Positions 28,569 through 37,400 of a DNA stretch of 49,395 bases are shown here, piece after piece. The notes beneath the pieces are model-generated. The model made no database searches, had not been told where the DNA came from, and worked only from the letters and a program-made list of their open reading frames with translations. Source of the stretch: an uncultured Bacilli bacterium (GTDB lineage: Bacteria > Bacillota_I > Bacilli_A > RF39 > UBA660); the NCBI GenBank assembly GCA_947594595.1, contig CANQEE010000001.1, positions 1-49,395 of the forward strand, written 5' to 3'. Made by a program: the position numbers and the translations under genes. The first letter of the stretch is position 1. Each line of letters begins with the position of its first letter.

Positions 28569-29114
28569 GTGATGCCATCAAATCAAAAGGAAAGAGCAAT
28601 CTTTGCTCTTATTACAGTAGTTATTACCGTTCATGCTTATGTTTTTTATAGCTTGTATGTTGTCAATGGTACTACGTTAATGAATTTAGCTAATACAAAC
28701 AGTGTTTTAAAAGCGATCAATCATTTAGGTGGAGTTTATATGTTTGGTCATTATTTACCTATTTGGTCAGTAGTTTTAGTGGAGTTTTGTTTTGCTTATT
28801 TAGCAGAAATTTTTATAGGACAACCATTCTCTTTTAAAATGGCTTGTAAGAATTTTGATATTGAAAAGACAGATCTAGTTCAATTTGAAACCGCAGTCAT
28901 TTGCGCTACAGTTGCAATTATGGTACCCCTTATGAGTTTCATTGCAGCATTTCTCTATTATCCATACTATTCAGGCTTTCATATTTTAACATTTCTTGCA
29001 AATTGGATTAAGTTGATTTGTTTTAATTTCCCTTTTGCATATTTTTCTCAATTATTTTTAATTCAACCTTTTGTACGAACTTTATTTAAGTTTATATTTA
29101 GGAAAAATAAATAA
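28569..29114 (+). CDS. small integral membrane protein (DUF2798-like)
   Basis: 181 aa and 4-5 hydrophobic helices. The N-terminus PSNQKERAIFALITVVITVHAYVFY resembles DUF2798 proteins from memory. SD AGGAGG at 28557-28562, with start GTG 28569 or ATG 28572. Confidence 0.6.
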   Translation: MMPSNQKERAIFALITVVITVHAYVFYSLYVVNGTTLMNLANTNSVLKAINHLGGVYMFGHYLPIWSVVLVEFCFAYLAEIFIGQPFSFKMACKNFDIEKTDLVQFETAVICATVAIMVPLMSFIAAFLYYPYYSGFHILTFLANWIKLICFNFPFAYFSQLFLIQPFVRTLFKFIFRKNK

Positions 29115-29217
29115 GTAATTTTATTAAAGAAAATAGTCTCCTTTTCTTTTTTTTGTTAAAGAAATAAGATATAATATAGAAAAGCCATTCTTGTGTGTGG
29201 AAGGAGGATAAAATTCT

Positions 29218-30642
29218 ATGAAAAACAAAGCTATTACACCAAGAGATGTAGATTTTGCAAAATGGTATACAGATGTTGTAAAAGCAGCACATCTTGCAGA
29301 TTATTCTAATGTAAAAGGATGTATTGTCTTTGAGCCAAATGGATATGCATTATGGGAAAAAATGCAATCAGTTTTAGATAAAAAGTTTAAAGAAACAGGT
29401 CATCAAAATGTTTATATGCCACTTTTAATCCCAGAAAATTTATTAAAAAAAGAAGGAGAACTGATTCAAGGATTTGCTCCGGAAGTTGCTTGGGTAAGTG
29501 AAGGTGGAGAGAAAAAGTTAGAAGAAAGACTTTGCATTCGTCCAACAAGTGAAACTTTATTTAGTGATTATTATAGTCATGTTGTAAAATCTTATCGTGA
29601 TTTACCTTTGAAATATAATCAGTGGTGTAATGTAATGCGTTGGGAAAAAGAAACTCGTCCTTTCCTAAGAAGCCGTGAATTTTTATGGCAAGAAGGGCAT
29701 ACGGTACATGAAACACAAGAGGAAGCAGAAGAAGAGACCAGGAAAATGTTACAGGTTTATAAGACTTTCTTTGAGGATTATCTTGCAATTCCTGTCATTA
29801 CTGGAAAGAAAACAGAAAAAGAAAAGTTTGCAGGTGCTGAATATACTTTAACTATTGAAGCTCTTATGTACAATGGTGTTTGTCTTCAGTCTGGAACATC
29901 TCATTATTTTGGTCAGAAATTTTCAAAAGCATATGACATTTCCTTTAAAGATAGGAAGAATCAACTCAGTTATTGTTACCAAACTTCTTGGGGAACGACA
30001 ACTCGTATGATTGGAGCTTTAATTATGGTTCATAGTGATGAGAATGGTCTTGTCTTGCCCCCTAAAATTGCTCCTTTACAAGTTATGATTGTACCAATTC
30101 AAAATTCTGATTCAGTATTAAAAGTTGCTGAAAATGTAGAAGAAAAACTAAAAAAAGAAGGAATCGAAGTAAAAATAGATACGAGTGATAAATCAGCAGG
30201 ATTTAAATTTGCAGAAGCAGAAGTCAAGGGTATTCCTCTTCGAATTGAAATTGGAAAAAGAGATTTAGAGCAAGAAAAAATAGTGATTACTCGTAGAGAT
30301 ACTAGAGAAAAACGTGAAATTTCTTTGAAAGAAGATATTGTATTTATTGTAAAAAATATTATGGAAACTATGCAAGAAGAAATGTTTTCTCGTGCAAAAG
30401 AAAGAAGAGATTCTTTTACCTTTACTTGTCATACTCTAGAAGAAGTAAAAGAGCAGATGAATAAACAACCTGGATTTATTCATGCAATGTGGTGTGGAGA
30501 AGAAAAGTGCGAATTAAAAATGAAAGAGATCAAAGGAACTAAATCACGTTGTATTGTAGAAAATGGTGAAAGAATCGATGAATGTTGTGTAGTTTGTGGA
30601 AAAAAAGCAAAGCACCATGTTATTTGGGGAATTCAATATTAA
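29218..30642 (+). CDS. proS: proline--tRNA ligase, short archaeal/eukaryote-like type
   Basis: 474 aa with no INS editing insertion. N-terminus ITPRDVDFAKWYTDVV, class II motifs (RPTSET, FLWQEGHT, GTSHYFG), and a C-terminal Cys-rich extension ending in Tyr (WGIQY). Confidence 0.93.
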   Translation: MKNKAITPRDVDFAKWYTDVVKAAHLADYSNVKGCIVFEPNGYALWEKMQSVLDKKFKETGHQNVYMPLLIPENLLKKEGELIQGFAPEVAWVSEGGEKKLEERLCIRPTSETLFSDYYSHVVKSYRDLPLKYNQWCNVMRWEKETRPFLRSREFLWQEGHTVHETQEEAEEETRKMLQVYKTFFEDYLAIPVITGKKTEKEKFAGAEYTLTIEALMYNGVCLQSGTSHYFGQKFSKAYDISFKDRKNQLSYCYQTSWGTTTRMIGALIMVHSDENGLVLPPKIAPLQVMIVPIQNSDSVLKVAENVEEKLKKEGIEVKIDTSDKSAGFKFAEAEVKGIPLRIEIGKRDLEQEKIVITRRDTREKREISLKEDIVFIVKNIMETMQEEMFSRAKERRDSFTFTCHTLEEVKEQMNKQPGFIHAMWCGEEKCELKMKEIKGTKSRCIVENGERIDECCVVCGKKAKHHVIWGIQY

Positions 30643-30920
30643 AAATTGGTTTATAAGGCATTGAACGATGTAAATGATTATATTAGAAGGAACCATCAAA
30701 AATTTATATATTTAGCATAATAAAAGAATTACAAGCAAAGGCTAGAAATAAAGAAAATAATTTCAAGTCTTTTCTTTTTTTTAGCAACTAAAATTTTAAA
30801 TTGTTCAAATTTCATAGATTATGTTCTTCTAATTAAGTTTATAATCTAACTCAGGAAGAACTAAAAATTGGAAATTGCTTATGAAATAAAAAATAAGCTT
30901 TTAAAGAGAATAAAAATGAA

Positions 30921-30949
30921 TTGCTTACCATTATCTTTTTTGTTATAAT
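30921..30949 (+). promoter_or_regulatory. extended -10 sigma-A promoter of the repeat-protein gene
   Basis: TTGCTT (30921-30926), 17-nt spacer, TGtTATAAT (30941-30949), 24 nt upstream of the ATG region with SD AAAGGAGA. Confidence 0.7.
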
Positions 30950-30972
30950 AAGGAACAAAAGGAGAAACGAAT

Positions 30973-32523
30973 ATGAAAGTAAAACTAATTAAATGGATAA
31001 GAGAAAATTTGAATGAAGAAGAAATTAGCAAAATAGATTTTCAAATACTTATTGAATATGATGAAAAAGTATTTAACTTAATTTTATCATCTGATTCTCA
31101 AAAAAGATTACCTTTGTTAGAATTTTTTTCTTTAAAAGAAAAGAAAAACTCAGTTTATGAATTGTACCAAAAAAATCCTGAAAAAATAATAAAATTAGGA
31201 GAAATTATTCAAAATACAAAAGTGGAAACTCAAACTCAAATAGAATATGGAGTGAAAGTTGCACGAAATGAAATCATTTTGGCAAGAAAAGATGGAATTC
31301 AAATTGTAGAATTGGTTATAAATTCAAAAGGATGTCCTCAAGCAAAATATGGAGCAGAAGTTTCTTGTAATGAAAAAGTATTAGCAAGCGCAAATGCTCT
31401 TGATTATGTCCAAAGTATTACAAATGCAGATACATGGTATCAAGCGAAATATGGAGCAGAAGTTCTCTTTGATGAGGTTCTCCTAAAAAATGAAAATGCT
31501 CTTCAATATGTTAGATTGGTAACAAGTGCAAAACAATGGTATCAAGCAATATATGGAGCACAACTTACGCATGAAGAATTACTTTTAGCAAGAAAAGATG
31601 GGGTTCAAATTGTAGAAGCAATTACCAAATCAAAAGGAGAAGAACAAGCAAAAAATGCTGTAAAGGTTACTCATAAAATGCTTGCAATGAAAAAAGAAAA
31701 TATCCTTGCTTTTATACAGTTAATTGCTGCAAGCAAAGAAGATTACCATGCGAAATATGGAGCAGAAGTTTCTTGTAATGAAAAAGTATTAGCAAGCGCA
31801 AATGCTCTTGATTATGTTCAAAGTATTACAGGAGCAAGTGCATGGTATCAAGCAAAATATGGAGCAGAAGTTATAGAATATTCGAAAATTTTAGAAAGAG
31901 AAGATGGAATTCAATTTGTAAATACAGTTGTTAAAGCAAGAGGATTAGCTCAAGCAGAATATGGAAGTGAGCTTATTCATAATGAACTTCTCTTAAAAAA
32001 TAAAAATGCTCTTCAATATGTTAGATTGGTAACAAGTGCAAAGCAATGGCATCAAACAAAATATGGGACAGAGGTTGCTCATAAAATGATTGCCTCAAAA
32101 AGAGAAAATGGCCTTGCTTTTACTCAATTATTTACAACAAGTGAAGAAGAATATCAAGCAAAGTATGGAGCACACATTATTCGTAATGAAAAAGTTTTAG
32201 CAAAAGAAGATGCTCTTGATTATATTCAAATCATCACAAGCGCAGAAACGGAAGAAGCTGCAGGATTGGCAACCACGCTTTTAGAACAAGCAGTTGAACT
32301 AAATTATCCAATTTCTAAAGCTTTTATTCAAAGAGTTGCAGATGGGACATATATAGAAAAAGTAAAAGAATATTTAGGAGAGAAAAAAGAGGAAAAGATG
32401 AAAGCTACCATTTTTGGAGACCGTTGGAATATTCAAAATAAAGATCAATTAGATATTTTGATTGCTCAAATGGAACAAAGAGAAAGCACAATTTCAACAA
32501 ATAAAATCTATCAAAAAAAATAA
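30973..32523 (+). CDS. helical tandem-repeat protein (10 x 34 aa), function unknown
   Basis: 516 aa: an 88-aa N-terminal region, ten contiguous gap-free 34-aa repeats (consensus QAKYGAEVxxNExxLAxxxALxYVQxITxAxxWY), and a ~88-aa C-terminal region. It has its own promoter and SD and no signal peptide. Confidence 0.85.
   Translation: MKVKLIKWIRENLNEEEISKIDFQILIEYDEKVFNLILSSDSQKRLPLLEFFSLKEKKNSVYELYQKNPEKIIKLGEIIQNTKVETQTQIEYGVKVARNEIILARKDGIQIVELVINSKGCPQAKYGAEVSCNEKVLASANALDYVQSITNADTWYQAKYGAEVLFDEVLLKNENALQYVRLVTSAKQWYQAIYGAQLTHEELLLARKDGVQIVEAITKSKGEEQAKNAVKVTHKMLAMKKENILAFIQLIAASKEDYHAKYGAEVSCNEKVLASANALDYVQSITGASAWYQAKYGAEVIEYSKILEREDGIQFVNTVVKARGLAQAEYGSELIHNELLLKNKNALQYVRLVTSAKQWHQTKYGTEVAHKMIASKRENGLAFTQLFTTSEEEYQAKYGAHIIRNEKVLAKEDALDYIQIITSAETEEAAGLATTLLEQAVELNYPISKAFIQRVADGTYIEKVKEYLGEKKEEKMKATIFGDRWNIQNKDQLDILIAQMEQRESTISTNKIYQKK
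31237..32256 (+). repeat. 10 tandem 102-bp coding repeats, including near-identical copies
   Basis: Strict 102-nt period. 31345-31464 and 31753-31872 differ at about 8 of 120 nt, with the first 65 nt identical. 31485-31560 and 31995-32070 are also near-identical (offset 510 nt). Confidence 0.9.
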
Positions 32524-32648
32524 AATAATGAAAATAAAATCTTAGATATTTCATATAAATCCATATGCTTCTTTAAATAGTATAGAAAAAGATACAGCAA
32601 AAAAGTTTGAAGAAAATATGAAATAAGAGAAAATCCCTTTTAAAAAGC

Positions 32649-32677
32649 TTGAAAAAGAAGGAAAAAGAAAGTATACT
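32649..32677 (+). promoter_or_regulatory. sigma-A-type promoter of the T-box leader
   Basis: TTGAAA (32649-32654), 17-nt spacer, TATACT (32672-32677). Confidence 0.65.
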
Positions 32678-32692
32678 AAAACTACATTTGAT

Positions 32693-32892
32693 AAATGTAT
32701 AGAAGTAGTAGTAACTTTTAATGTTTTGAAAGAGACTCTATGTTTGGTGGAAATAGAGAAAACATTCTAGTGAACTTGACTTCTAAGATACATTTCGGAA
32801 AAAGTCCGTTATCATGAAAAAGTTGCATAGACACTATGAAATAAGATGGTACCGCCCAGAAAAAGGGTTCTTATGGAAAAGGTGTCTTTTTT
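32693..32892 (+). promoter_or_regulatory. T-box leader, leucine specifier (CUU)
   Basis: The Stem I base pairs AAATGTATAGAAG (32693-32705) with CTTCTAAGATACATTT (32780-32795). It has AGTAGTA and GAAAGAGA elements and a distal helix CTCTAT/ATAGAG with a GGTGGAA loop. The specifier loop GTGAA-CTT-GA has CUU at 32775-32777. The T-box sequence AGATGGTACCGCCC is at 32844-32857, and the terminator ends GGTGTC plus T6 (32887-32892). Confidence 0.75.
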
Positions 32893-32904
32893 GTTAGGAG
32901 GTGT

Positions 32905-33261
32905 ATGATGCACGAACTTATTTTATTTGGAATGACCTTTTTATTCATCTTTTTAATTTATGAACTTTTTATTGTGAGAAAAGAAAAAAAAGGAAAGTCT
33001 AAAAAGAAACCTATCGAAGTTCGTTATTTGGAAGCAAGATATAAAATAGTTGTAAAAGGAACACAGTATAGACGTTTACTTAATATTGTAAGTGTTGTCA
33101 GTGCCTTTGATATTGCTCTTATTGTAACGCTTATTATGATTACTAAGAGTTTTATCTTAGAGCTTGTTTTAGGAGCTTGCTTAACATTTCCTATTATTCT
33201 TATAAGCTATCACATAGTTGGAAAATATTATCAAAAGAAAGGAATGAAGAAACATGTATGA
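32905..33261 (+). CDS. small membrane protein (118 aa, 3 predicted TM helices), first cistron of the T-box-controlled unit
   Basis: Strong SD AGGAGG at 32895-32900. TM segments are [39 protein letters not shown] and [16 protein letters not shown]. Its stop overlaps the leuS ATG (ATGTATGA). Confidence 0.6.
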   Translation: MMHELILFGMTFLFIFLIYELFIVRKEKKGKSKKKPIEVRYLEARYKIVVKGTQYRRLLNIVSVVSAFDIALIVTLIMITKSFILELVLGACLTFPIILISYHIVGKYYQKKGMKKHV

Positions 33262-35653
33262 TTTTAGAAAAATAGAAAAGAAATGGCAAAAGTATTGGAA
33301 GGAACATCAAACATTTAAGACAGATGTATGGGATTTTAGTAAACCAAAATTCTATGTTCTTGATATGTTTCCTTATCCAAGTGGAGTTGGACTTCATGCA
33401 GGACATGTAGAAGGATATACTGCAACTGATATTGTCTCTCGAATGAAAAGAATGCAAGGGTATAATGTTCTTCATCCAATGGGATATGATTCATTTGGAC
33501 TTCCTGCAGAACAATATGCTGTGCAAACAGGGAATCATCCAAGCAAATTTACCGAAAAAAATATTGATTATTTTAGTGAACAATTAAATACGCTTGGTTT
33601 TGATTACGATTGGGATAAGATGGTTGCAACAAGTGATCCTAAATTTTACAAATGGACGCAGTGGATCTTTAAACAACTTTATCAAGATGGTTATGCTAAG
33701 TATATAGACATGCCAGTTAATTGGTGTGAAGAATTAGGAACTGTTCTTTCTAATGATGAAGTGATTGATGGGAAATCAGAACGTGGCGGGTATCCTGTTA
33801 TTCGAAAGAATATGAGGCAACTTTGTATCGATCAACCAGCCTTTGCTGAACAACTTCTAGAAGGATTGGAAGAAATTGATTGGCCAGAATCTACCAAAGA
33901 AATGCAAAGAAACTGGATTGGAAAGTCAATTGGAGCCCATGTGACTTTTAAAATTGCAGGACATGAAAAAGAATTTACAGTTTTTACAACACGTTGTGAT
34001 ACTTTATTTGGTGCGACTTATTGTGTTTTAGCGCCAGAGCATGCTTATGTAGATGAAATTACAACCGAAGAACATAAAAAAGAAGTGGCATCATACAAAA
34101 AAGCTTGTGCTTCTAAAAGTGATTTGGAACGGACTGAGTTAAACAAAGACAAGACAGGTGTCTTTACAGGAGCTTATGCCATCAATCCTGTTAACGAAGA
34201 AAAAATTCCAATTTATATCAGTGATTATGTACTAGCAAGCTATGGAACCGGTGCCATTATGGCAGTACCAGCACATGATGATAGAGATTATGAATTTGCA
34301 AAGAAGTTTGATATTCCAATTATACAAGTCTTAGAAGGTGGAGATATTTCAAAGGAAGCTTATACTCAAGATGGAGTTCACATCAATTCCGGATTTTTAA
34401 ATGGTATGAATAAGCAAGACGCCATTGATGCAATGATAAAATGGTTAGAAGAACATCATTGTGGAAGCAGAAAAGTAAATTATAAATTCCGAGAATGGAT
34501 TTTTGCTCGTCAAAGATACTGGGGAGAACCTGTTCCGATTGTACACCTAGAAGATGGTACGGATTATGTTTTGGATGATCCTGAACTTCCACTTGTTTTA
34601 CCGGAACTAGAAGACTATAAAGGACATCATGGGAAAGCACCTTTGGAAAATGCAGTTGAATGGAAACAATATACAACTAAAGATGGAAGAAAGGGAATAA
34701 GGGAGACTTCAACAATGCCAGGAAGTGCTGGTTCTAGCTGGTATTACTTTCGCTATATTGATCCAGAGAATGAGAAAGTATTTTGTGATCCAAAATTAGC
34801 AAAACACTGGCTTCCTGTTGATCTTTATATGGGTGGACCAGAACATGCAGTAGGACATTTAATGTATTCAAGAATTTGGAATCGATATCTTTATGAAAAA
34901 GGGTTATCTCCTGTAAAAGAACCTTTTCAAAAATTAGTTCATCAAGGGATGATTTTAGGAGAAAATGGAATCAAAATGGGAAAACGGTATCCAGAGTATG
35001 CTATTGATCCAAAAGAGATTGCTAAAGAATATGGCGCTGATACACTACGACTTTATGAAATGTTTATGGGACCTATTGAATCATCAAAACCATGGAGTGC
35101 AAGTGGAGTAGAAGGAGCCAAAAAATTTCTAGATCGTGTTTGGCGTTTCTTTACAAATCCTGAAAATTTAACTGAAGAAAGTGATGGTTCTCTTGATAAA
35201 ATATATCATCAAACTGTAAAAAAAGTGACAGAAGATTTTGAAAGCCTTGGATTTAATACAGCTATTAGCCAAATGATGATTTTTGTAAATGAGTGTTACA
35301 AAGTAGGAAGTTGTCCTAAAGAGTATGCAAAAAAGTTTATTCAAATGATGAGTTGTATTACTCCTCATATGGGAGAAGAAATTTGGCAAATTTTAGGACA
35401 TGATACAACACTTGCCTATGAACCTTGGCCTGTTTACGATGAAAGTTATTTAAAAGAAGAAGAAAAAGAAATAGCAGTTCAAGTAAATGGAAAAGTTCGT
35501 GCAACAATTTTTGTTCGAGAAGAAGAGGATGAAAAAAGGATTGAAGAAAAAGCTCTTCAAGAAGAAAATGTTCAAAGACATATTGCTGGAAAAGAAATTG
35601 TCAAGGTCATTGTTATTAAAGGGAAAATTTGTAATATTGTTGTAAAAAATTAA
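33254..35653 (+). CDS. leuS: leucine--tRNA ligase
   Basis: 799 aa with [16 protein letters not shown] (HIGH region), the CP1 editing region, and a KMGKR variant of the KMSKS loop. Confidence 0.97.
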   Translation: MYDFRKIEKKWQKYWKEHQTFKTDVWDFSKPKFYVLDMFPYPSGVGLHAGHVEGYTATDIVSRMKRMQGYNVLHPMGYDSFGLPAEQYAVQTGNHPSKFTEKNIDYFSEQLNTLGFDYDWDKMVATSDPKFYKWTQWIFKQLYQDGYAKYIDMPVNWCEELGTVLSNDEVIDGKSERGGYPVIRKNMRQLCIDQPAFAEQLLEGLEEIDWPESTKEMQRNWIGKSIGAHVTFKIAGHEKEFTVFTTRCDTLFGATYCVLAPEHAYVDEITTEEHKKEVASYKKACASKSDLERTELNKDKTGVFTGAYAINPVNEEKIPIYISDYVLASYGTGAIMAVPAHDDRDYEFAKKFDIPIIQVLEGGDISKEAYTQDGVHINSGFLNGMNKQDAIDAMIKWLEEHHCGSRKVNYKFREWIFARQRYWGEPVPIVHLEDGTDYVLDDPELPLVLPELEDYKGHHGKAPLENAVEWKQYTTKDGRKGIRETSTMPGSAGSSWYYFRYIDPENEKVFCDPKLAKHWLPVDLYMGGPEHAVGHLMYSRIWNRYLYEKGLSPVKEPFQKLVHQGMILGENGIKMGKRYPEYAIDPKEIAKEYGADTLRLYEMFMGPIESSKPWSASGVEGAKKFLDRVWRFFTNPENLTEESDGSLDKIYHQTVKKVTEDFESLGFNTAISQMMIFVNECYKVGSCPKEYAKKFIQMMSCITPHMGEEIWQILGHDTTLAYEPWPVYDESYLKEEEKEIAVQVNGKVRATIFVREEEDEKRIEEKALQEENVQRHIAGKEIVKVIVIKGKICNIVVKN

Positions 35654-35665
35654 ATAATAAGATAA

Positions 35666-35702
35666 AAAAAGTTTTCGACAATTTATGTGGAAACTTTTTT
35701 TT
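35666..35702 (+). terminator. intrinsic terminator after leuS
   Basis: AAAAAGTTTTC (35666-35676) pairs with GAAACTTTTT (35690-35699) with one bulge, and the T-run continues to 35702. Confidence 0.7.
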
Positions 35703-35724
35703 ATACTTTTATAAGGTGAATCTT

Positions 35725-35907
35725 ATGAAAGTAAAATTATTTGATTTTGAAGATGAAATAGATTTAGAAAATGAAATGAATGAATTTTTAGACGAATTGG
35801 AAGGAGAAGTGATTGATATTAAATATCAAATCAACAGTTTTGCACAGGGTGAAGATCAAATTTATTCTTTTTCTGCAATGATTATTTACTATTTAAATAA
35901 AAAATAA
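35725..35907 (+). CDS. Cse60-like small sporulation protein (60 aa)
   Basis: MKVKLFDFEDEIDLENEMNEFL...VIDIKYQ...YSFSAMIIY matches my recollection of the B. subtilis Cse60/YteV pattern (VKxFDxExExDLE...IDIKY...FSALIxY). ATG 35725 is preferred over the GTG at 35716. Confidence 0.6.
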   Translation: MKVKLFDFEDEIDLENEMNEFLDELEGEVIDIKYQINSFAQGEDQIYSFSAMIIYYLNKK

Positions 35908-35914
35908 ATCTTTG

Positions 35915-37213
35915 TTATTCTTCTTTTTCTTTTCGTATTATTGTTCTAATTCCATAATAAGTTGGAAAGAAGTGTTTCATTGCAGAGTATAGAAAGGAAT
36001 CAATTATGTAATCGAATTCTCCAATTAACTCTACGACTTCTCCTCCAAAATTCTTTTTAAAAAGATAACTTCCATACATGGGACTGTTTTCTCTAAAATC
36101 TCCTGAAATTTCATATAAATTATAAAGATTATAACCATTTTCTTTTGCAAACTGAATCATTTCATAATGAAGTGTAATTGAAGCATCTAATTTTTTCCAT
36201 TCTTCGAAAACTCCACCATGGAGTGCAATTACTTCATTTCCATAACAGATTAGGAAATATCCTCCTAAAAGAATTTCTTCTCCATTTTCTTGCAAAGCAA
36301 GTTGATAAGCTTCTTTTCTTTTCTCTAGACTTTGAATCAATTCTTCTTGTTGTTTTTCTTTCTCTAAGAATTCTTTTTCGTTCATATGTAAAACAACTTC
36401 TTTTTGGAAAGCTCTATTATAATAAGCTTGTTTTTGTTCTTGCAGTTCTCTCTCAATTTCTTCAAGTGCCTCTTTTGGATGTAGTTCTACACCAACCATT
36501 TTAATAGCTTCTTCAGGAAAAGATTCTATAAAATCTTCATAATAATGATTGGTATATTCAATTGTATGATATTTTTCACTTGTTTCTTTCATAATTGAGA
36601 CAAAGCTTTCAATTTCTTTTTTCTTAAGAAATCGTGATCTTATTCCTTCTCGTTTATTTCGATGAACAATCTGTCTTGTTTTATCTCCCATTTCCTTTTC
36701 AAGCATTTCAAAAGATTTATTTCTTAAATCAATAGCGTATAACCATCGTGGTTGAATCATATTTCGCTTAAAGTCATCTCCCACATGTATGAACCCTACT
36801 TCTTCTAGAAGCTTTATGATAGGACTATTATCTTTTCCACCTTTTTGCAGTTCTCCATTTTTATCTCTTTCATGCCAAGAAAGATAAGGATCTATCTTTA
36901 GATAAATTCCCTTTTTTTCTTTTACAAACTGAATGACTTCTTTTGTAAAAACTTTTACTAATTCCTCTTTCTGATAGTCAATTAAAAATCCTCTAGGTGC
37001 ATAAAAATAACGTTTTTTAAAAAATTTTGTATCTTGTGAAAGCAGTAAAGTAGCAGCTACAAGTTTTCCTTTTTCTTTGTATCCTAAAAAATAAGGATGC
37101 CATCCGTCTTTTTCCATAAATTTAGCCCAGTATGAGTTTTGTTGAAAATTATTATGGGGATGAGATTCTGCAAAGGAGTCAAATTCTTGCTTTTTTAGTT
37201 CTATCACCATCAT
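35915..37213 (-). CDS. FemAB-family peptidoglycan interpeptide-bridge aminoacyltransferase
   Basis: 432 aa. The N-terminus FDSFAESHPHNNFQQ...YAPRGF is followed by a central coiled-coil insertion (EIERELQEQKQAYYNRAF...EKEKQQEELIQSLEKRKEAY) and a C-terminal YNLYEISGDF...GSYLFKKNFGG block, as in FemA/FemX/MurM. The second ATG at 37210 has better SD spacing. Confidence 0.85.
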   Translation of the reverse strand: MMVIELKKQEFDSFAESHPHNNFQQNSYWAKFMEKDGWHPYFLGYKEKGKLVAATLLLSQDTKFFKKRYFYAPRGFLIDYQKEELVKVFTKEVIQFVKEKKGIYLKIDPYLSWHERDKNGELQKGGKDNSPIIKLLEEVGFIHVGDDFKRNMIQPRWLYAIDLRNKSFEMLEKEMGDKTRQIVHRNKREGIRSRFLKKKEIESFVSIMKETSEKYHTIEYTNHYYEDFIESFPEEAIKMVGVELHPKEALEEIERELQEQKQAYYNRAFQKEVVLHMNEKEFLEKEKQQEELIQSLEKRKEAYQLALQENGEEILLGGYFLICYGNEVIALHGGVFEEWKKLDASITLHYEMIQFAKENGYNLYNLYEISGDFRENSPMYGSYLFKKNFGGEVVELIGEFDYIIDSFLYSAMKHFFPTYYGIRTIIRKEKEE

Positions 37214-37251
37214 TTATCACCTCTTTTTATATCCTACCTTCTCTAGTTTTA

Positions 37252-37279
37252 ATTATACCATGCTTTGCTCTTGACGCAA
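37252..37279 (-). promoter_or_regulatory. extended -10 promoter for the minus-strand Fem gene
   Basis: The minus strand reads TTGCGT, 16-nt spacer, TGgTATAAT. Confidence 0.55.
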
Positions 37280-37335
37280 CTTTTTCCTTTTGTTCTTGGA
37301 TAAAAAAAGGGAGAAAGGAGAGAATATAAAAGAAT

Positions 37336-37364
37336 TTGACTTGTTTTCTAAGAGACGATATACT
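37336..37364 (+). promoter_or_regulatory. sigma-A-type promoter for the plus-strand Fem gene
   Basis: TTGACT (37336-37341), 17-nt spacer, TATACT (37359-37364). Confidence 0.65.
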
Positions 37365-37400
37365 AAAAAAATAGAATAAGTTATGAAAGAGGGAATAAAT

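Noticed and set aside
29126-29155. AAAGAAAA...TTTTCTTTTTTTT hairpins after the DUF2798-like gene, and similarly after proS (30750-30782), considered as intrinsic terminators.
   Set aside because: The stems are almost purely A-U with a single G-C pair and are too weak to call. They may still function, but I cannot support them from sequence alone.
30825-30905. Hairpins in the 330-bp proS / repeat-gene spacer (GTTCTTC...GAAGAAC with a 26-nt loop; GCTTAT...ATAAGC plus TTTT), considered as a small RNA.
   Set aside because: There is no promoter in front and no recognisable conserved RNA motif, and the stems are short. This is insufficient evidence for an ncRNA call.
31237-32256. Calling the 34-aa repeats canonical TPR.
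   Set aside because: The period fits. However, the TPR signature positions (W4, L7, G8, Y11, A20, F24, A27, P32) are not reproduced, notably there is no conserved Pro. Inter-repeat identity is also far higher than in typical TPR arrays. I left the family unassigned pending HMM and structure checks.
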